A DNA stretch of 25,141 bases, taken from the IMG/VR virus record IMGVR_UViG_3300020043_001571, positions 1 to 25,141 of that record. One strand, 5' to 3'. The stretch's first letter is position 1; every line of letters begins with the position of its first letter. Below, piece by piece: positions 7,915-17,480 of the stretch. The notes beneath the pieces are model-generated. The model was not told the origin of the DNA and made no database searches. It worked only from the letters and a program-made list of their open reading frames with translations. The stretch is from a virus. Taxonomy: Duplodnaviria; Caudoviricetes. The position numbers were made by a program, and so were the translations under genes.

Positions 7915-10750
7915 GATAGTTCTAGAAGGCACAACCTCAATAGACACCCTAGTAGGTAGTTTTCAAGCTAGGGTATTAAACGACGGCGGCACGTTTGAAG
8001 CGGCCACTTGTTGCGTAGACTTTCTAAAGACGCTAGGCGGTAACGAAGTGCTAGGCGGTATTCTTGACGTTAGGCCCGACGTAAACTTTCCACTTACTTT
8101 TTCTGTTGGCGAAATACGCGACATAACCAAACGAACGGGGACATTCTCGAAGACTATCGTACTGCCAGCAACCGACAACAATAACCGCATCTTAAACCAC
8201 TACTACGACGTAAACATTCAAGCGGGAACGTTTGACCTTACCAAGATTACACGCTGTCAAGTCCTACAAAACGACGTTATAATTCTAGAAGACGCTATCT
8301 TACAACTGGTAAGCGTGAACAAGTCACAGACTACAGCGGCTTACGAACAAGTTGTTAACTATGAAGTGTTAATAAAGGACACGAAAGCGGAGTTATTCAC
8401 AGCCATTACCAACGCCGAATTAACAGACATAGACTTTAGCGACCTAAACCACTTTTCAAATAGCGGTACTATTATAGCTACATACGGACATACGCAAGCA
8501 AACGGCTTTAAATACGTTCTGCCATACTCGCAAGCTGGAACTAATAACTACCATATACGCCAACTTAAGCCCGCTATATACGCGAAGACGTACTTCGATA
8601 GGATATTTGCTAACGCTGGTTTTACTTATACGTGGCCAAACCTACAAGAAGCCCGCTTCGACAAGCTACTCATTCCTTACAACGGGGACGAAAATCAAAT
8701 AGACTGGAACGACTTTAAGGTAGTGGCTAACACGTCCTATCTAGCTACCTACAGCCAGCCTACAAATGGCCAGTTTATACCATTTCTAGACAACCTAACT
8801 AACTGGACAGAAGTAACGGACGCGCAGAACTTGTTTAACCCTACAACGGGAATTTACACAGCGCCAACAGACACAGACCCGCTAGCTTCGCAAGGCTACG
8901 AGTTTAAGGCAACTATTCAATATGAAGTTGTATTCTCTCACTCTAACGCTAGCCCCGTACAACCTTACGTGTTTGACACACAAACGGCTACTTACGTACC
9001 GCAACCTAGAACGTTTACGCCATACCTTAAAGCTGTTAACCCAGCGTTACAAGGTTCGGTTACACAGCTTACTCCTATTGGCATAACAACGGGCCTAGCA
9101 ACTGGTAGCACCGTCTTTGGAACTTACGCAAACGTGGTAATTACTAGCCCGACGGGTTACATTTCTACGGGCGACCTTTTAAAGCTACAAGTCGGCTTAC
9201 AGTCGAACTGGCAAACTGGCTTTACTTATTGGCGTAACGCCGCTGGCACGGCTGTAAAAGTTGGTATAGACATAGACATTATAGACATAAAGCTAGAAAT
9301 ACTACCTAACAGCAACACGCAACCTATAGGCGGGTTCTTGAATATGAATGAGTACGTGCCAGAAAAGATAAAGCAAAGCGACTTTGTAAAGTCTATCTTT
9401 ACTATGTACAACTTATTTGCAGACGTAGATCCAGAACAGCCGACTAACATTATCTTAAAACACCGCGACGACTATTACGACGAAGGCACAGAAAAAGACT
9501 GGACGTATAAACTAGCAAAAGACCGAGAACAAAATCTAGAGTTCCTACCAGACGTTAGTAGCAAGCGCTTAATCTTAACTTACAAACAAGACAAAGACAG
9601 CCCTAACGTACTTTATTACGACACTACTAGGGAAATATACGGCCAACAAGAATACATTTTCAATAGCGAGTATGTCCGCGACATAGACACCAAAGAAATA
9701 ATCTTTAGCCCGACACCAATTACAAACACACCTTTCGGGGCTATTGTGCCAATGATTGACGGACAAGCGCCAAAGACAAACATACGCATACTATACGACG
9801 GCGGTGTTAAGTCGTGCGGGTTCTACAACCTAATTGACGGCGGGCAAACTGGAACTTACGACGTACAGACTTACCCAGCTATTACCCACTTTGACGACCC
9901 GCTTACGCCAAGCTTCGATATTAACTTCGGGGTTAATGACTTCTACTATTACGACCTTCAAAGTCTGACTAATAACACGCTTTATAATATGTACTGGCGT
10001 CGTACTATTAACCAGATTAACGAAGGTAAAATGCTTACCGCTTTTTTCCACTTAAACGAGGCCGACATTCATAACTTAAAACTGAATGACAAAATCCGAA
10101 TAGATAATTCTTGGTGGAACATTAATAAGGTTATCGACTATAACGCCAATATCGAAGGCCTTACAAAAGTCGAACTTATAAGCGTAGACACAGAACTAGA
10201 ACTAGCGCCGTTCATTACAAACACGGGCACAACTACACCTAGCGTACTTACAGAAGTAGGATTAAATTCTGTACTGCGTTCTATTACCGCTTCTGGTAAC
10301 AATATCTTACAAGGCTCAAACAGCTACGTAATGGGTACGCGTAACACGGTAGCACAAGGCGTTAGGGGTATCGTTATAGGCGACGACAAAGTTCTAAACG
10401 AAGACGGCATAATTACGCCTAGAATTAACGGCATAGCCACGCAAACTACTTCTTATATAGCTAACCTTACCCAAGTAGGAACGGCTGCACCTACGGCCCT
10501 AGAACTAGCTAATAACATAGGTGCTATTACTTGGTCTAGAACGTCAACTGGTATTTATTTAGGCACGCCTTTAGTTCCATTTGAAGCACTTACTACTTTT
10601 GTTATCATTAATAGTAATGAACTAGACCACTTAAACAGCGCGTATATTAGCACAGACGGGAATGTAGTAGTAAAAACTACCGACACACAGAACCACCAAC
10701 ACACGGATAGCATACTTAATAACACAACTCTAGAAATTCGAACCTACTAA
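7907..10750 (+). CDS. Large tail tip/hub structural protein
   Basis: 947 aa; FSKTIVLP, FVKSIFTMYNL, KDWTYKL, LKLNDKIRIDNSWWNINKVIDY; next to the tape measure gene. Confidence 0.65.
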   Translation: MVKIVLEGTTSIDTLVGSFQARVLNDGGTFEAATCCVDFLKTLGGNEVLGGILDVRPDVNFPLTFSVGEIRDITKRTGTFSKTIVLPATDNNNRILNHYYDVNIQAGTFDLTKITRCQVLQNDVIILEDAILQLVSVNKSQTTAAYEQVVNYEVLIKDTKAELFTAITNAELTDIDFSDLNHFSNSGTIIATYGHTQANGFKYVLPYSQAGTNNYHIRQLKPAIYAKTYFDRIFANAGFTYTWPNLQEARFDKLLIPYNGDENQIDWNDFKVVANTSYLATYSQPTNGQFIPFLDNLTNWTEVTDAQNLFNPTTGIYTAPTDTDPLASQGYEFKATIQYEVVFSHSNASPVQPYVFDTQTATYVPQPRTFTPYLKAVNPALQGSVTQLTPIGITTGLATGSTVFGTYANVVITSPTGYISTGDLLKLQVGLQSNWQTGFTYWRNAAGTAVKVGIDIDIIDIKLEILPNSNTQPIGGFLNMNEYVPEKIKQSDFVKSIFTMYNLFADVDPEQPTNIILKHRDDYYDEGTEKDWTYKLAKDREQNLEFLPDVSSKRLILTYKQDKDSPNVLYYDTTREIYGQQEYIFNSEYVRDIDTKEIIFSPTPITNTPFGAIVPMIDGQAPKTNIRILYDGGVKSCGFYNLIDGGQTGTYDVQTYPAITHFDDPLTPSFDINFGVNDFYYYDLQSLTNNTLYNMYWRRTINQINEGKMLTAFFHLNEADIHNLKLNDKIRIDNSWWNINKVIDYNANIEGLTKVELISVDTELELAPFITNTGTTTPSVLTEVGLNSVLRSITASGNNILQGSNSYVMGTRNTVAQGVRGIVIGDDKVLNEDGIITPRINGIATQTTSYIANLTQVGTAAPTALELANNIGAITWSRTSTGIYLGTPLVPFEALTTFVIINSNELDHLNSAYISTDGNVVVKTTDTQNHQHTDSILNNTTLEIRTY

Positions 10751-10755
10751 AAGGC

Positions 10756-10768
10756 TAATATTGTTATG
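10756..10768 (+). promoter_or_regulatory. Repeated motif TAATATTGTTATG, copy 2
   Basis: Ends in the tape measure ATG. Confidence 0.7.
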
Positions 10769-12799
10769 AATGAAGTACAAATCCCATTAAAACTTACGGG
10801 CGTCGGCTCAATGAAGGCCGAGTTAAGAAGCTTAAAAGCTGAAATAGCGGCGGCTACTGACCCCGTACAAATGGAAGCCCTAGCTAAAAAGGCTGGAGAA
10901 CTTACCGACAGAATTAAAGACGCTAACGACGCGGTAAACGTGTTCGCTTCTGGGTCTAAATTCGAACAGATTAGCAACTCATTCGACGGAATAAAGTCTA
11001 GCTTAATGTCTTTGGACTTCGAAGAAGCTAGCGAAAAGTCTAAAGTCTTCGCAAGTAATCTAGGTAAGATAGGCAAAGCCGACATTTCGGGGGCGCTTAA
11101 AGGTATTACGGGAATGGTAAAAACTTTGGGCGGCGCTTTCGTAAAGCTAGGCGCGCAGATCCTTACAAACCCTATTTTTTTATTGGCCGCTGTTATCGTT
11201 GCTATCGTTGCTGGTATCGTTATATTCCTAAACAAAATAGGCGTACTTCAAAAGGCGTTAGATATTTTAATGATCCCTATTAACGCTATTATTGACGGCT
11301 TTAAAAGACTTACAGACTGGCTAGGACTTACGCAATATGCCGCAGAAGAAAACGGCAAAAAGATGCAAGCCGCTAACGAAAAGGCCGCCGAAAGTTCAAA
11401 GAAAAGAACGGAAAAAATAAGTAGCGCATACGACATAGAAATAGCTAAAGCTAAAGCCGCTGGCAAAGACACCACGAATTTAGAAATAGCAAAGAGCAAA
11501 GCAATTAACAAAGAAGCCGAAGGCCGCTTAAGGTCCGCTGAAAAAGAATACGCTTACCTACAAAAGATAGCTTCTAAAGACAACCTAGAACGCCGTAAGA
11601 AATTACGCGAACAAATGGAAGCCGAAAAGAAAATACTTTCAGACGGACGTAAAGACCAGCGCTTACTACAAATTGCAGACGACGCAGAACAAGCGCAGAA
11701 GGCTAAAGAAAACGCTACTAAAAGATTAGAAGCACAGAAGGCCTACGCTAAAAACAGACTAGACGCACAGCGCACTATTAGGGATATAGAAATAGGTTTA
11801 ATAGCAAACGAAAGCGAAAGGGAAATAGCGGCACTAAACGAGAAATATAAGCGCCTTATAGAAGACGTAAAGAAAAACGAAAACTTAACGGGTACGGAAA
11901 AGGTACGTTTAACGGCATTATACGAAAGCCAGAAACAAGCCGAACTAGATAAAAGCGCACAACTACAAGCAGAAGCAGAAGCTAAACGACAAGCGCAAAT
12001 AAACCAAGCAATTACAGATAACCAAAACGTACAGCTACAGAAACAAGAAGACTTTGAAGAACAGCTACGCTTGTTAACTATGTCTGACACAGAACGCCAG
12101 ATAGACGAAATACAAACACGCTACTTTGAATTAATAGCCCTAGCCGAACAATACGGAATGGACACCAAAGCGCTAGAAGAAAAACGCGCGGCTGAAATTA
12201 AAGCCATTCAAGACAAGGCGGCAGAAGACGCAAAGACGAAAGCACTAGCAGAAATAGAAACAGCAACACAAGTACGTAACGCCAAAATACAAATGGTAAG
12301 CGACTACGCTAATAGCTTACTTAATCTTACAACCCTAGTAACAAACGACCAAAAGAAACTAGAAAAGATTAACAAGGCTGGCGCGTTAATTCAAATTGGT
12401 ATAGATACAGCTATGGCTATTTCTGCCCTTGTAAAAGCCTCAAACCAAAACATAGCCAACGGCGTTACGGGTGGTCTAGCTGGTGCGGCGCAGTTCGCTA
12501 GCGGTATCTTACAAATTACTACCAATATGGTTAAGGCTAAACAGCTTTTGAGTAACCCAGCTGGTAGTGTTTCTGGTGGTGGTTCTAACCCGTCTAGTAC
12601 AAGTAGCACTACTTCAACAGCGGCGGCCGTTCCTATGGTTAACTTATTCGGACAAGGTAACCAACTTAACACAGCTAGCGCACCGCAAAGCGTTACAAAC
12701 ACGAACCAAAATATAGTAGTTCAAGCTGTAGTAAGTGAAACAGACATAACTAGCACACAAAACAAAATAGATAAAATCAAAAAAGGGTCGGAATTATGA
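10766..12799 (+). CDS. Tail tape measure protein
   Basis: Ala/Lys/Glu-rich coiled coil with a hydrophobic segment (LTNPIFLLAAVIVAIVAGIVIFL) and a G/S/T-rich C-terminus. Confidence 0.8.
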   Translation: MNEVQIPLKLTGVGSMKAELRSLKAEIAAATDPVQMEALAKKAGELTDRIKDANDAVNVFASGSKFEQISNSFDGIKSSLMSLDFEEASEKSKVFASNLGKIGKADISGALKGITGMVKTLGGAFVKLGAQILTNPIFLLAAVIVAIVAGIVIFLNKIGVLQKALDILMIPINAIIDGFKRLTDWLGLTQYAAEENGKKMQAANEKAAESSKKRTEKISSAYDIEIAKAKAAGKDTTNLEIAKSKAINKEAEGRLRSAEKEYAYLQKIASKDNLERRKKLREQMEAEKKILSDGRKDQRLLQIADDAEQAQKAKENATKRLEAQKAYAKNRLDAQRTIRDIEIGLIANESEREIAALNEKYKRLIEDVKKNENLTGTEKVRLTALYESQKQAELDKSAQLQAEAEAKRQAQINQAITDNQNVQLQKQEDFEEQLRLLTMSDTERQIDEIQTRYFELIALAEQYGMDTKALEEKRAAEIKAIQDKAAEDAKTKALAEIETATQVRNAKIQMVSDYANSLLNLTTLVTNDQKKLEKINKAGALIQIGIDTAMAISALVKASNQNIANGVTGGLAGAAQFASGILQITTNMVKAKQLLSNPAGSVSGGGSNPSSTSSTTSTAAAVPMVNLFGQGNQLNTASAPQSVTNTNQNIVVQAVVSETDITSTQNKIDKIKKGSEL

Positions 12800-13245
12800 C
12801 AAGTTACCAAGCACTTATAAACGAAATTACAGACTTCTACGAAAACCACGTGCAAGTTAAAAAGGTAGGTTCGGACTTCAAAGAACAAATGTTTAACTTC
12901 GCCACAAAGGACGAAAAGTACCCTATTGTTTTTATAGTTCCCGTGTCAGCTATAGCAACCGAAAACACGAACGACTTTATTTTAGAAATTTACTGCTTCG
13001 ATATTATACAGAAGGACCGCGAAAACATTAACGTAATTCTGTCCGACTGCCAGCAAATTCTATACGACCTTTACACCTACTTTATAAACTCGAATAACTA
13101 CAACTTCGACCTAGTAGACACGCCTAATTTTAACCCACTTAATAACGACTTACTAGACTACGCGGCTGGGTGGGTAATGACTGCAACTTTTGCCGTAAAC
13201 AACTGGACAGACTGCGCAGTACCACTTAAACAAGAAGGTAATTAA
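12796..13245 (+). CDS. Putative tail terminator/completion protein
   Basis: 149 aa, acidic; KYPIVFI and DYAAGWVMT pattern; tail context. Confidence 0.55.
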   Translation: MTSYQALINEITDFYENHVQVKKVGSDFKEQMFNFATKDEKYPIVFIVPVSAIATENTNDFILEIYCFDIIQKDRENINVILSDCQQILYDLYTYFINSNNYNFDLVDTPNFNPLNNDLLDYAAGWVMTATFAVNNWTDCAVPLKQEGN

Positions 13246-13248
13246 TTT

Positions 13249-13261
13249 TAATATTGTTATG
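13249..13261 (+). promoter_or_regulatory. Repeated motif TAATATTGTTATG, copy 3
   Basis: Ends in ATG 13259; TAAAC lies 17 nt upstream. Confidence 0.7.
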
Positions 13262-13630
13262 GCAATTTATAACCAGTCTTGGCTTCATACTATAGCCCAC
13301 GACCTACAAGCACCAGACGTAGACGGCAACTTATGGCAAAGCATTTGCTTGCATTACGGCATTACACAAACTAAAAACGGCACTTGGCTAGAAGCTTTAT
13401 GCGACTTCTTTAACGTAAACAAAGCAGAAGGCGAGGCGTGGATACAAGCGCTAGCCCTTGACTTTGGGGCTACTGGTCCAGTTAACGGGTCTTGGATTGA
13501 AGCCCTAGCGTTACAGATACAAGCAAACGCTGATTTAATTGATATATTTATAGACAGAATTAATACAACGGGTGGCGTATTCGAAGCCGAAGCGTGCCTA
13601 GAAACAACACTTAACCAATTTGATATATGA
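13259..13630 (+). CDS. Trp-repeat protein, probable fibre anchor/adaptor
   Basis: About five short G.W..AL repeats; ATGA-coupled to the fibre gene. Confidence 0.6.
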   Translation: MAIYNQSWLHTIAHDLQAPDVDGNLWQSICLHYGITQTKNGTWLEALCDFFNVNKAEGEAWIQALALDFGATGPVNGSWIEALALQIQANADLIDIFIDRINTTGGVFEAEACLETTLNQFDI

Positions 13631-15372
13631 GTTTACTTGACACCGCTTCCTTAATAGTAACGCCAAACGGGTACAAAGAGGGCAAACTTTACTCCGTTAT
13701 TCCGTCCGATGGTTCTGGCGATATGTCAGTAACACGAGCGACCACAGCAACACGAGTAAACTCTGCGGGGTTGGTGGAGTTAGTGCCTTATAACCTTGTT
13801 CAATATTCAGAGCAGTTTGACAATGCTTATTGGACTGCAAACAATGCAACAATTACGTCTAATTCAATCATTTCACCAAGCGGAATACAAGATGCAGATT
13901 TAATTACTGCAACTTCCACAACTCAAACTGGTATTTTTGTTATTCCTTCGGTTACTGGAACAAACACTTGGAGTGTATATGCTAAAAAAGGAACGGGTAG
14001 ATATTTGTGGTTTAATACAAACTTTCCCGAAATTTCGTCAAAATTTGATTTGCAAGATGGAATAATTGTTGGAACGCCAAGCACTGGTGCAACTCCAAGT
14101 ATTCAAAGCGTTGGCAATGGTTGGTATAGGTGTAGCATAACTTCAAGTACGTCTGAAAATAGATTTACATTATTTATCACAGATAACACAACGAACAACA
14201 ATTTAAACTCAAGTGTCGGTTTGTCTTTCTACCTATGGGGCGCACAACTTGTCGAAGGCTCAACCGCTCTACCCTACCAAAAGACGGAAACAAGACTTAA
14301 CATACCACGTCTTGACTACTCAAACGGTACTTGTCCAAGTTTGTTAGTAGAACCGCAAAGGACGAACCTTGTTACTTATAGTTCGTCTTTTGATAATGCG
14401 GCTTGGGTTAAACTTAATGGCTCTGTAACTGCAAACATTGCAATTTCGCCAAGTGGAATACAAGACGCTGATAGTTTTATACCAAATACTACTTCGGGTT
14501 TTCACGCTTTACGTTCTAACAATTTTAACCAAAGTAGTACCGCATCTCATTCTTGGTTTTTAAAAGCTAATGGTTATTCCAAAATTGCAGTTCGGGAGTC
14601 AGATTTACCAATAGGTAATTACGCTTCATTTGACTTGTCAACTGGCACGTTAATCTCAACTTCTCAAAGTGGAATTATTGAAGATTACGGGAATGGTTGG
14701 TATCGTTGTACGTTAGTAGATACAAACACTGGAGCGGGTGCTCAAACTTCAATTTTTGTATTGCCCGATAACTACACAACGGGTGACCCGCTTATTGCTT
14801 GGTCGGGAGATGGTATTAAAGGCGTTTTTGCCTACGGCGCACAAGCTGAACTCGGCAGCTACCCAACCTCATACATACCAACAACCTCTGCAAGTGTAAC
14901 ACGCAACGCTGACGTAATATCAAAGACGGGTATTAGTTCGCTTATCGGTCAAACGGAGGGGACGTTTTTTGCTGAAGTTACATTGTTAGGCAATACGGGA
15001 AATTTTAACGTAATTAATACTGAAAATAGCGTTACCAACTCAATTACTTTACACATTGAAAATAGTCAGTTTAGGGGTTACGTTTATGCAAATTCAGCAG
15101 TAAAAAATAGCATATTAGGTGGAAGCGCAGTAGTTGGTAATACTTATAAACTTGCTTATGCTTACAAAAGCGGAGATGCAGCGTTGTATGTAAATGGTGT
15201 TCAAATCGGAAGCGGTACTGAAGCTTTTGCTTTCAGCGGAACAATAAACAATATTGAATTAGCAGACCCCGATACATACTTTTCCTATCAAGAGGGAATT
15301 AAATTTAAAGCAGCCGCCCTTTGGAAGACTCGCCTAACGAATACTCAACTTGCCGCCTTAACTACAATATAA
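13627..15372 (+). CDS. Fibre/spike protein with two repeated carbohydrate-binding-like domains and a C-terminal LamG/ConA-like domain
   Basis: S/T/N/G-rich; duplicated FDNA.W..SPSGIQDAD..GNGWYRC..GAQ; C-terminal YKLAYAY..ALYVNG..LTNTQLAALT. Confidence 0.75.
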   Translation: MSLLDTASLIVTPNGYKEGKLYSVIPSDGSGDMSVTRATTATRVNSAGLVELVPYNLVQYSEQFDNAYWTANNATITSNSIISPSGIQDADLITATSTTQTGIFVIPSVTGTNTWSVYAKKGTGRYLWFNTNFPEISSKFDLQDGIIVGTPSTGATPSIQSVGNGWYRCSITSSTSENRFTLFITDNTTNNNLNSSVGLSFYLWGAQLVEGSTALPYQKTETRLNIPRLDYSNGTCPSLLVEPQRTNLVTYSSSFDNAAWVKLNGSVTANIAISPSGIQDADSFIPNTTSGFHALRSNNFNQSSTASHSWFLKANGYSKIAVRESDLPIGNYASFDLSTGTLISTSQSGIIEDYGNGWYRCTLVDTNTGAGAQTSIFVLPDNYTTGDPLIAWSGDGIKGVFAYGAQAELGSYPTSYIPTTSASVTRNADVISKTGISSLIGQTEGTFFAEVTLLGNTGNFNVINTENSVTNSITLHIENSQFRGYVYANSAVKNSILGGSAVVGNTYKLAYAYKSGDAALYVNGVQIGSGTEAFAFSGTINNIELADPDTYFSYQEGIKFKAAALWKTRLTNTQLAALTTI

Positions 15373-15374
15373 CT

Positions 15375-15746
15375 ATGGAAAATATATTCAAGCTTACTTA
15401 TAGCGACAAAGCAACCGCACTCGCAGACCTCAAAGCCAAAGGCATACTTGTAGAGGTTGATGGTATTGACGGAGAAAAACACGAAGCATACGGAAACGGA
15501 GTGCAAGCAGTAGTAGAGATAGGAGAAATCCTACTGATTCCACCTACCTACGATGAAGAAGGTAACGAAACATCATTTCCAGTCTACGCTGAAGGCTATC
15601 ACTACGATGTTATGAGTTCCGAGACATACGACTTCGGTAGCAACTTGGTAGAACCAAAGAACCCGAAACACGCATTTGCTGGACACGCTACTACGGAGGA
15701 GTTCCCTTACACACCGCAATTTTTAGAGAATGGCGTACAAGAATAA
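15375..15746 (+). CDS. Fibre-associated small acidic protein (chaperone-like)
   Basis: ATG 15375 follows the fibre stop; GYHYDV..PKNPKHAFAG. Confidence 0.6.
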   Translation: MENIFKLTYSDKATALADLKAKGILVEVDGIDGEKHEAYGNGVQAVVEIGEILLIPPTYDEEGNETSFPVYAEGYHYDVMSSETYDFGSNLVEPKNPKHAFAGHATTEEFPYTPQFLENGVQE

Positions 15747-16161
15747 CGGCGTTTTCAACGTCAAATATAAAACCCGTAATAAGATAGCTAAAACGCTAAA
15801 GCAAATTATTGCCAGCGAAGCGCTTATAGATACTGGTAGCCTTTACGATAGTATTAGAATTAACGCCCAGATACCAGCGCTAGGCGAACTAGAAATACAA
15901 ATTCTAGCTATGTACTATTTTGGGTTCTTGAATAACGGCACCGTGAATATGGCGGCCTTTGACCTATGCGCAAAGCTTACAGAAGCACTAAACGCTAACG
16001 GAACTACAGCGGAAATATTCGAGCAATACACGGAATGGATGACACAGCGCTACCCTATCTTACAAGTAGCTACAATTCTAGGGGAAAAACGTAGTTTAAT
16101 TTATACCTTTGAGCCTATCGGTGGCGAATTTAATGCGGCCTTAACCTTTCGAGGTTTCTAG
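15730..16161 (+). CDS. Putative neck/tail-completion protein (HK97 gp10-like)
   Basis: IDTGSLYDSI and YFGFLNNGT resemble the DTG.L..SI and Y..F.E.GT motifs. Confidence 0.55.
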   Translation: MAYKNNGVFNVKYKTRNKIAKTLKQIIASEALIDTGSLYDSIRINAQIPALGELEIQILAMYYFGFLNNGTVNMAAFDLCAKLTEALNANGTTAEIFEQYTEWMTQRYPILQVATILGEKRSLIYTFEPIGGEFNAALTFRGF

Positions 16162-16923
16162 ATAGCCCATTTCTTTACGCATAGCTAACATATTAAATAC
16201 AAAGATTAAGGGCAGTTCACCGACTGCCTTTACTTTTGTTATGTCGCCTTCTGTTAAGTCAAATAGTAAGCTTTCCCAGCCCCACTTGCGGGCCTTTTTA
16301 CTTTGCTCACGTTCTTTAAGTTCGGCTTTATATTCTTCTATGCTGTCAAAGTCTTTGGAGTTAATGGGTTCTTCGTCGTTTATGTCGTCAGAATTAAACA
16401 AGTTTTCGTATTTCTTCATAAACTCGTCCCTATACTTTAGGTATTCTGGAACTATGCCGTAAACTTCTGTTACGCTTACTTCTTCAAAGTCTTCTTGTCT
16501 GTCGAACGGGCTAAATATATACGGCTCAAAGTGTACATTTTGCCACTTGTCTAGTTCTGTACGTCGCCAAAACACGGACACTATATGCGTAATATGTTTT
16601 AAATAGTCGTTTTGTAGGAAATATTCAAGGTCTATAAACTCGTCTAGCGTTAGTTTCTTGAATGGTTTTAATATGTAGGTCCGTTCGTCTATAGATAGTT
16701 CACTAGACAGCCCCTTTTTAGGCTCATTTAGCACCCACTTAACAGACTTAAATAGCTTACTTACTTCTTCTAGTTCTAGGTCTTCTAGTTGTTCGGTAGG
16801 AATGTCTGCCAATATAGCTAGGGTTTCTAGCTGTGTGTTAAAGAACCCGCCAACTTCGGATAGCTGGCGTAGTTCCTTAAACTGGTATAGCTTAACTTCG
16901 TGCCAGCTACTCGGTAGGTTCAT
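16141..16923 (-). CDS. Hypothetical acidic protein, possible tail assembly chaperone (paralogue B)
   Basis: 260-aa minus-strand ORF; LPSSWHEVKLYQF, KLTLDEFIDLE, KWGW. Confidence 0.7.
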   Translation of the reverse strand: MNLPSSWHEVKLYQFKELRQLSEVGGFFNTQLETLAILADIPTEQLEDLELEEVSKLFKSVKWVLNEPKKGLSSELSIDERTYILKPFKKLTLDEFIDLEYFLQNDYLKHITHIVSVFWRRTELDKWQNVHFEPYIFSPFDRQEDFEEVSVTEVYGIVPEYLKYRDEFMKKYENLFNSDDINDEEPINSKDFDSIEEYKAELKEREQSKKARKWGWESLLFDLTEGDITKVKAVGELPLIFVFNMLAMRKEMGYLETSKG

Positions 16924-17446
16924 TCAGTTGCTCTACTTGTTTGTTAATTGTTTCAGCTACAGCCACCAAGTAAGGGACTGCAACTTCGGCTGGCATTTCA
17001 CGTATAATTTTTGCCTTAAACTTTACGTGAGCGTCGGTGTAGTGTTCTGTTTTCGTTAGGTCTGTGCGTTTGAATAGCACCGCTAGCACTTCGGAAATAT
17101 AGCCTTTGTGTTTATGAAATAAAATCTTTTCAATTAGCTTCGTGTCGCGGGCCGTTAGTTTCCATTCTTCGCTGTAAGCTTGGTAGGTGTAGCCGTCGTT
17201 TTCGAAACGCTTTAACAAAACACCTTCTGGACTTTTAGCGGTGTTAAAAAGACGGATATATTCTTTAAATTCTTCAAAGTCTACGTCTTCAATTTCTTCT
17301 GGTAGACCCATATACTTAAACACTTCTAGATGTTTTTCTACGTGGTCTAGCTTTTCGTTAGCGTGAATTTCTGTAATGTCTTCGAATTGCTGTATAGTCA
17401 ACTCGCTTAATTCGTTGGGTATTTCCCGTCCTAAAATAGTTACCAT
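16907..17446 (-). CDS. Hypothetical acidic protein, possible tail assembly chaperone (paralogue A)
   Basis: 179-aa ORF; IPNELSELTIQQF, LAVLFKRTDL; aligns by eye with 16141-16923. Confidence 0.7.
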   Translation of the reverse strand: MVTILGREIPNELSELTIQQFEDITEIHANEKLDHVEKHLEVFKYMGLPEEIEDVDFEEFKEYIRLFNTAKSPEGVLLKRFENDGYTYQAYSEEWKLTARDTKLIEKILFHKHKGYISEVLAVLFKRTDLTKTEHYTDAHVKFKAKIIREMPAEVAVPYLVAVAETINKQVEQLNEPTE

Positions 17447-17463
17447 AGTTATTAATTTTTGAA

Positions 17464-17471
17464 CAAATATA
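17464..17471 (-). promoter_or_regulatory. Bacteroidetes -7 box (TATATTTG) for the minus-strand gene pair
   Basis: CAAATATA on the + strand, 17 nt from ATG 17446; no clear -33 box. Confidence 0.55.
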
Positions 17472-17480
17472 GACTTTTTT

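Noticed and set aside
10747-12702. Minus-strand ORFs opposite the tape measure gene, and other antisense ORFs in the track
   Set aside because: Shadow frames of real genes with biased codon use; no recognisable motifs or leaders.
13600-13630. Frameshift fusing the repeat protein to the fibre
   Set aside because: Ordinary ATGA coupling with no slippery site.
13627-15372. Diversity-generating retroelement targeting the fibre
   Set aside because: No reverse transcriptase and no near-identical TR/VR pair differing only at adenines in this window.
16907-16960. Programmed G/GT-type frameshift between the two minus-strand genes
   Set aside because: No XXXYYYZ slippery heptamer near the overlap; the second gene has its own ATG and a paralogous N-terminus.
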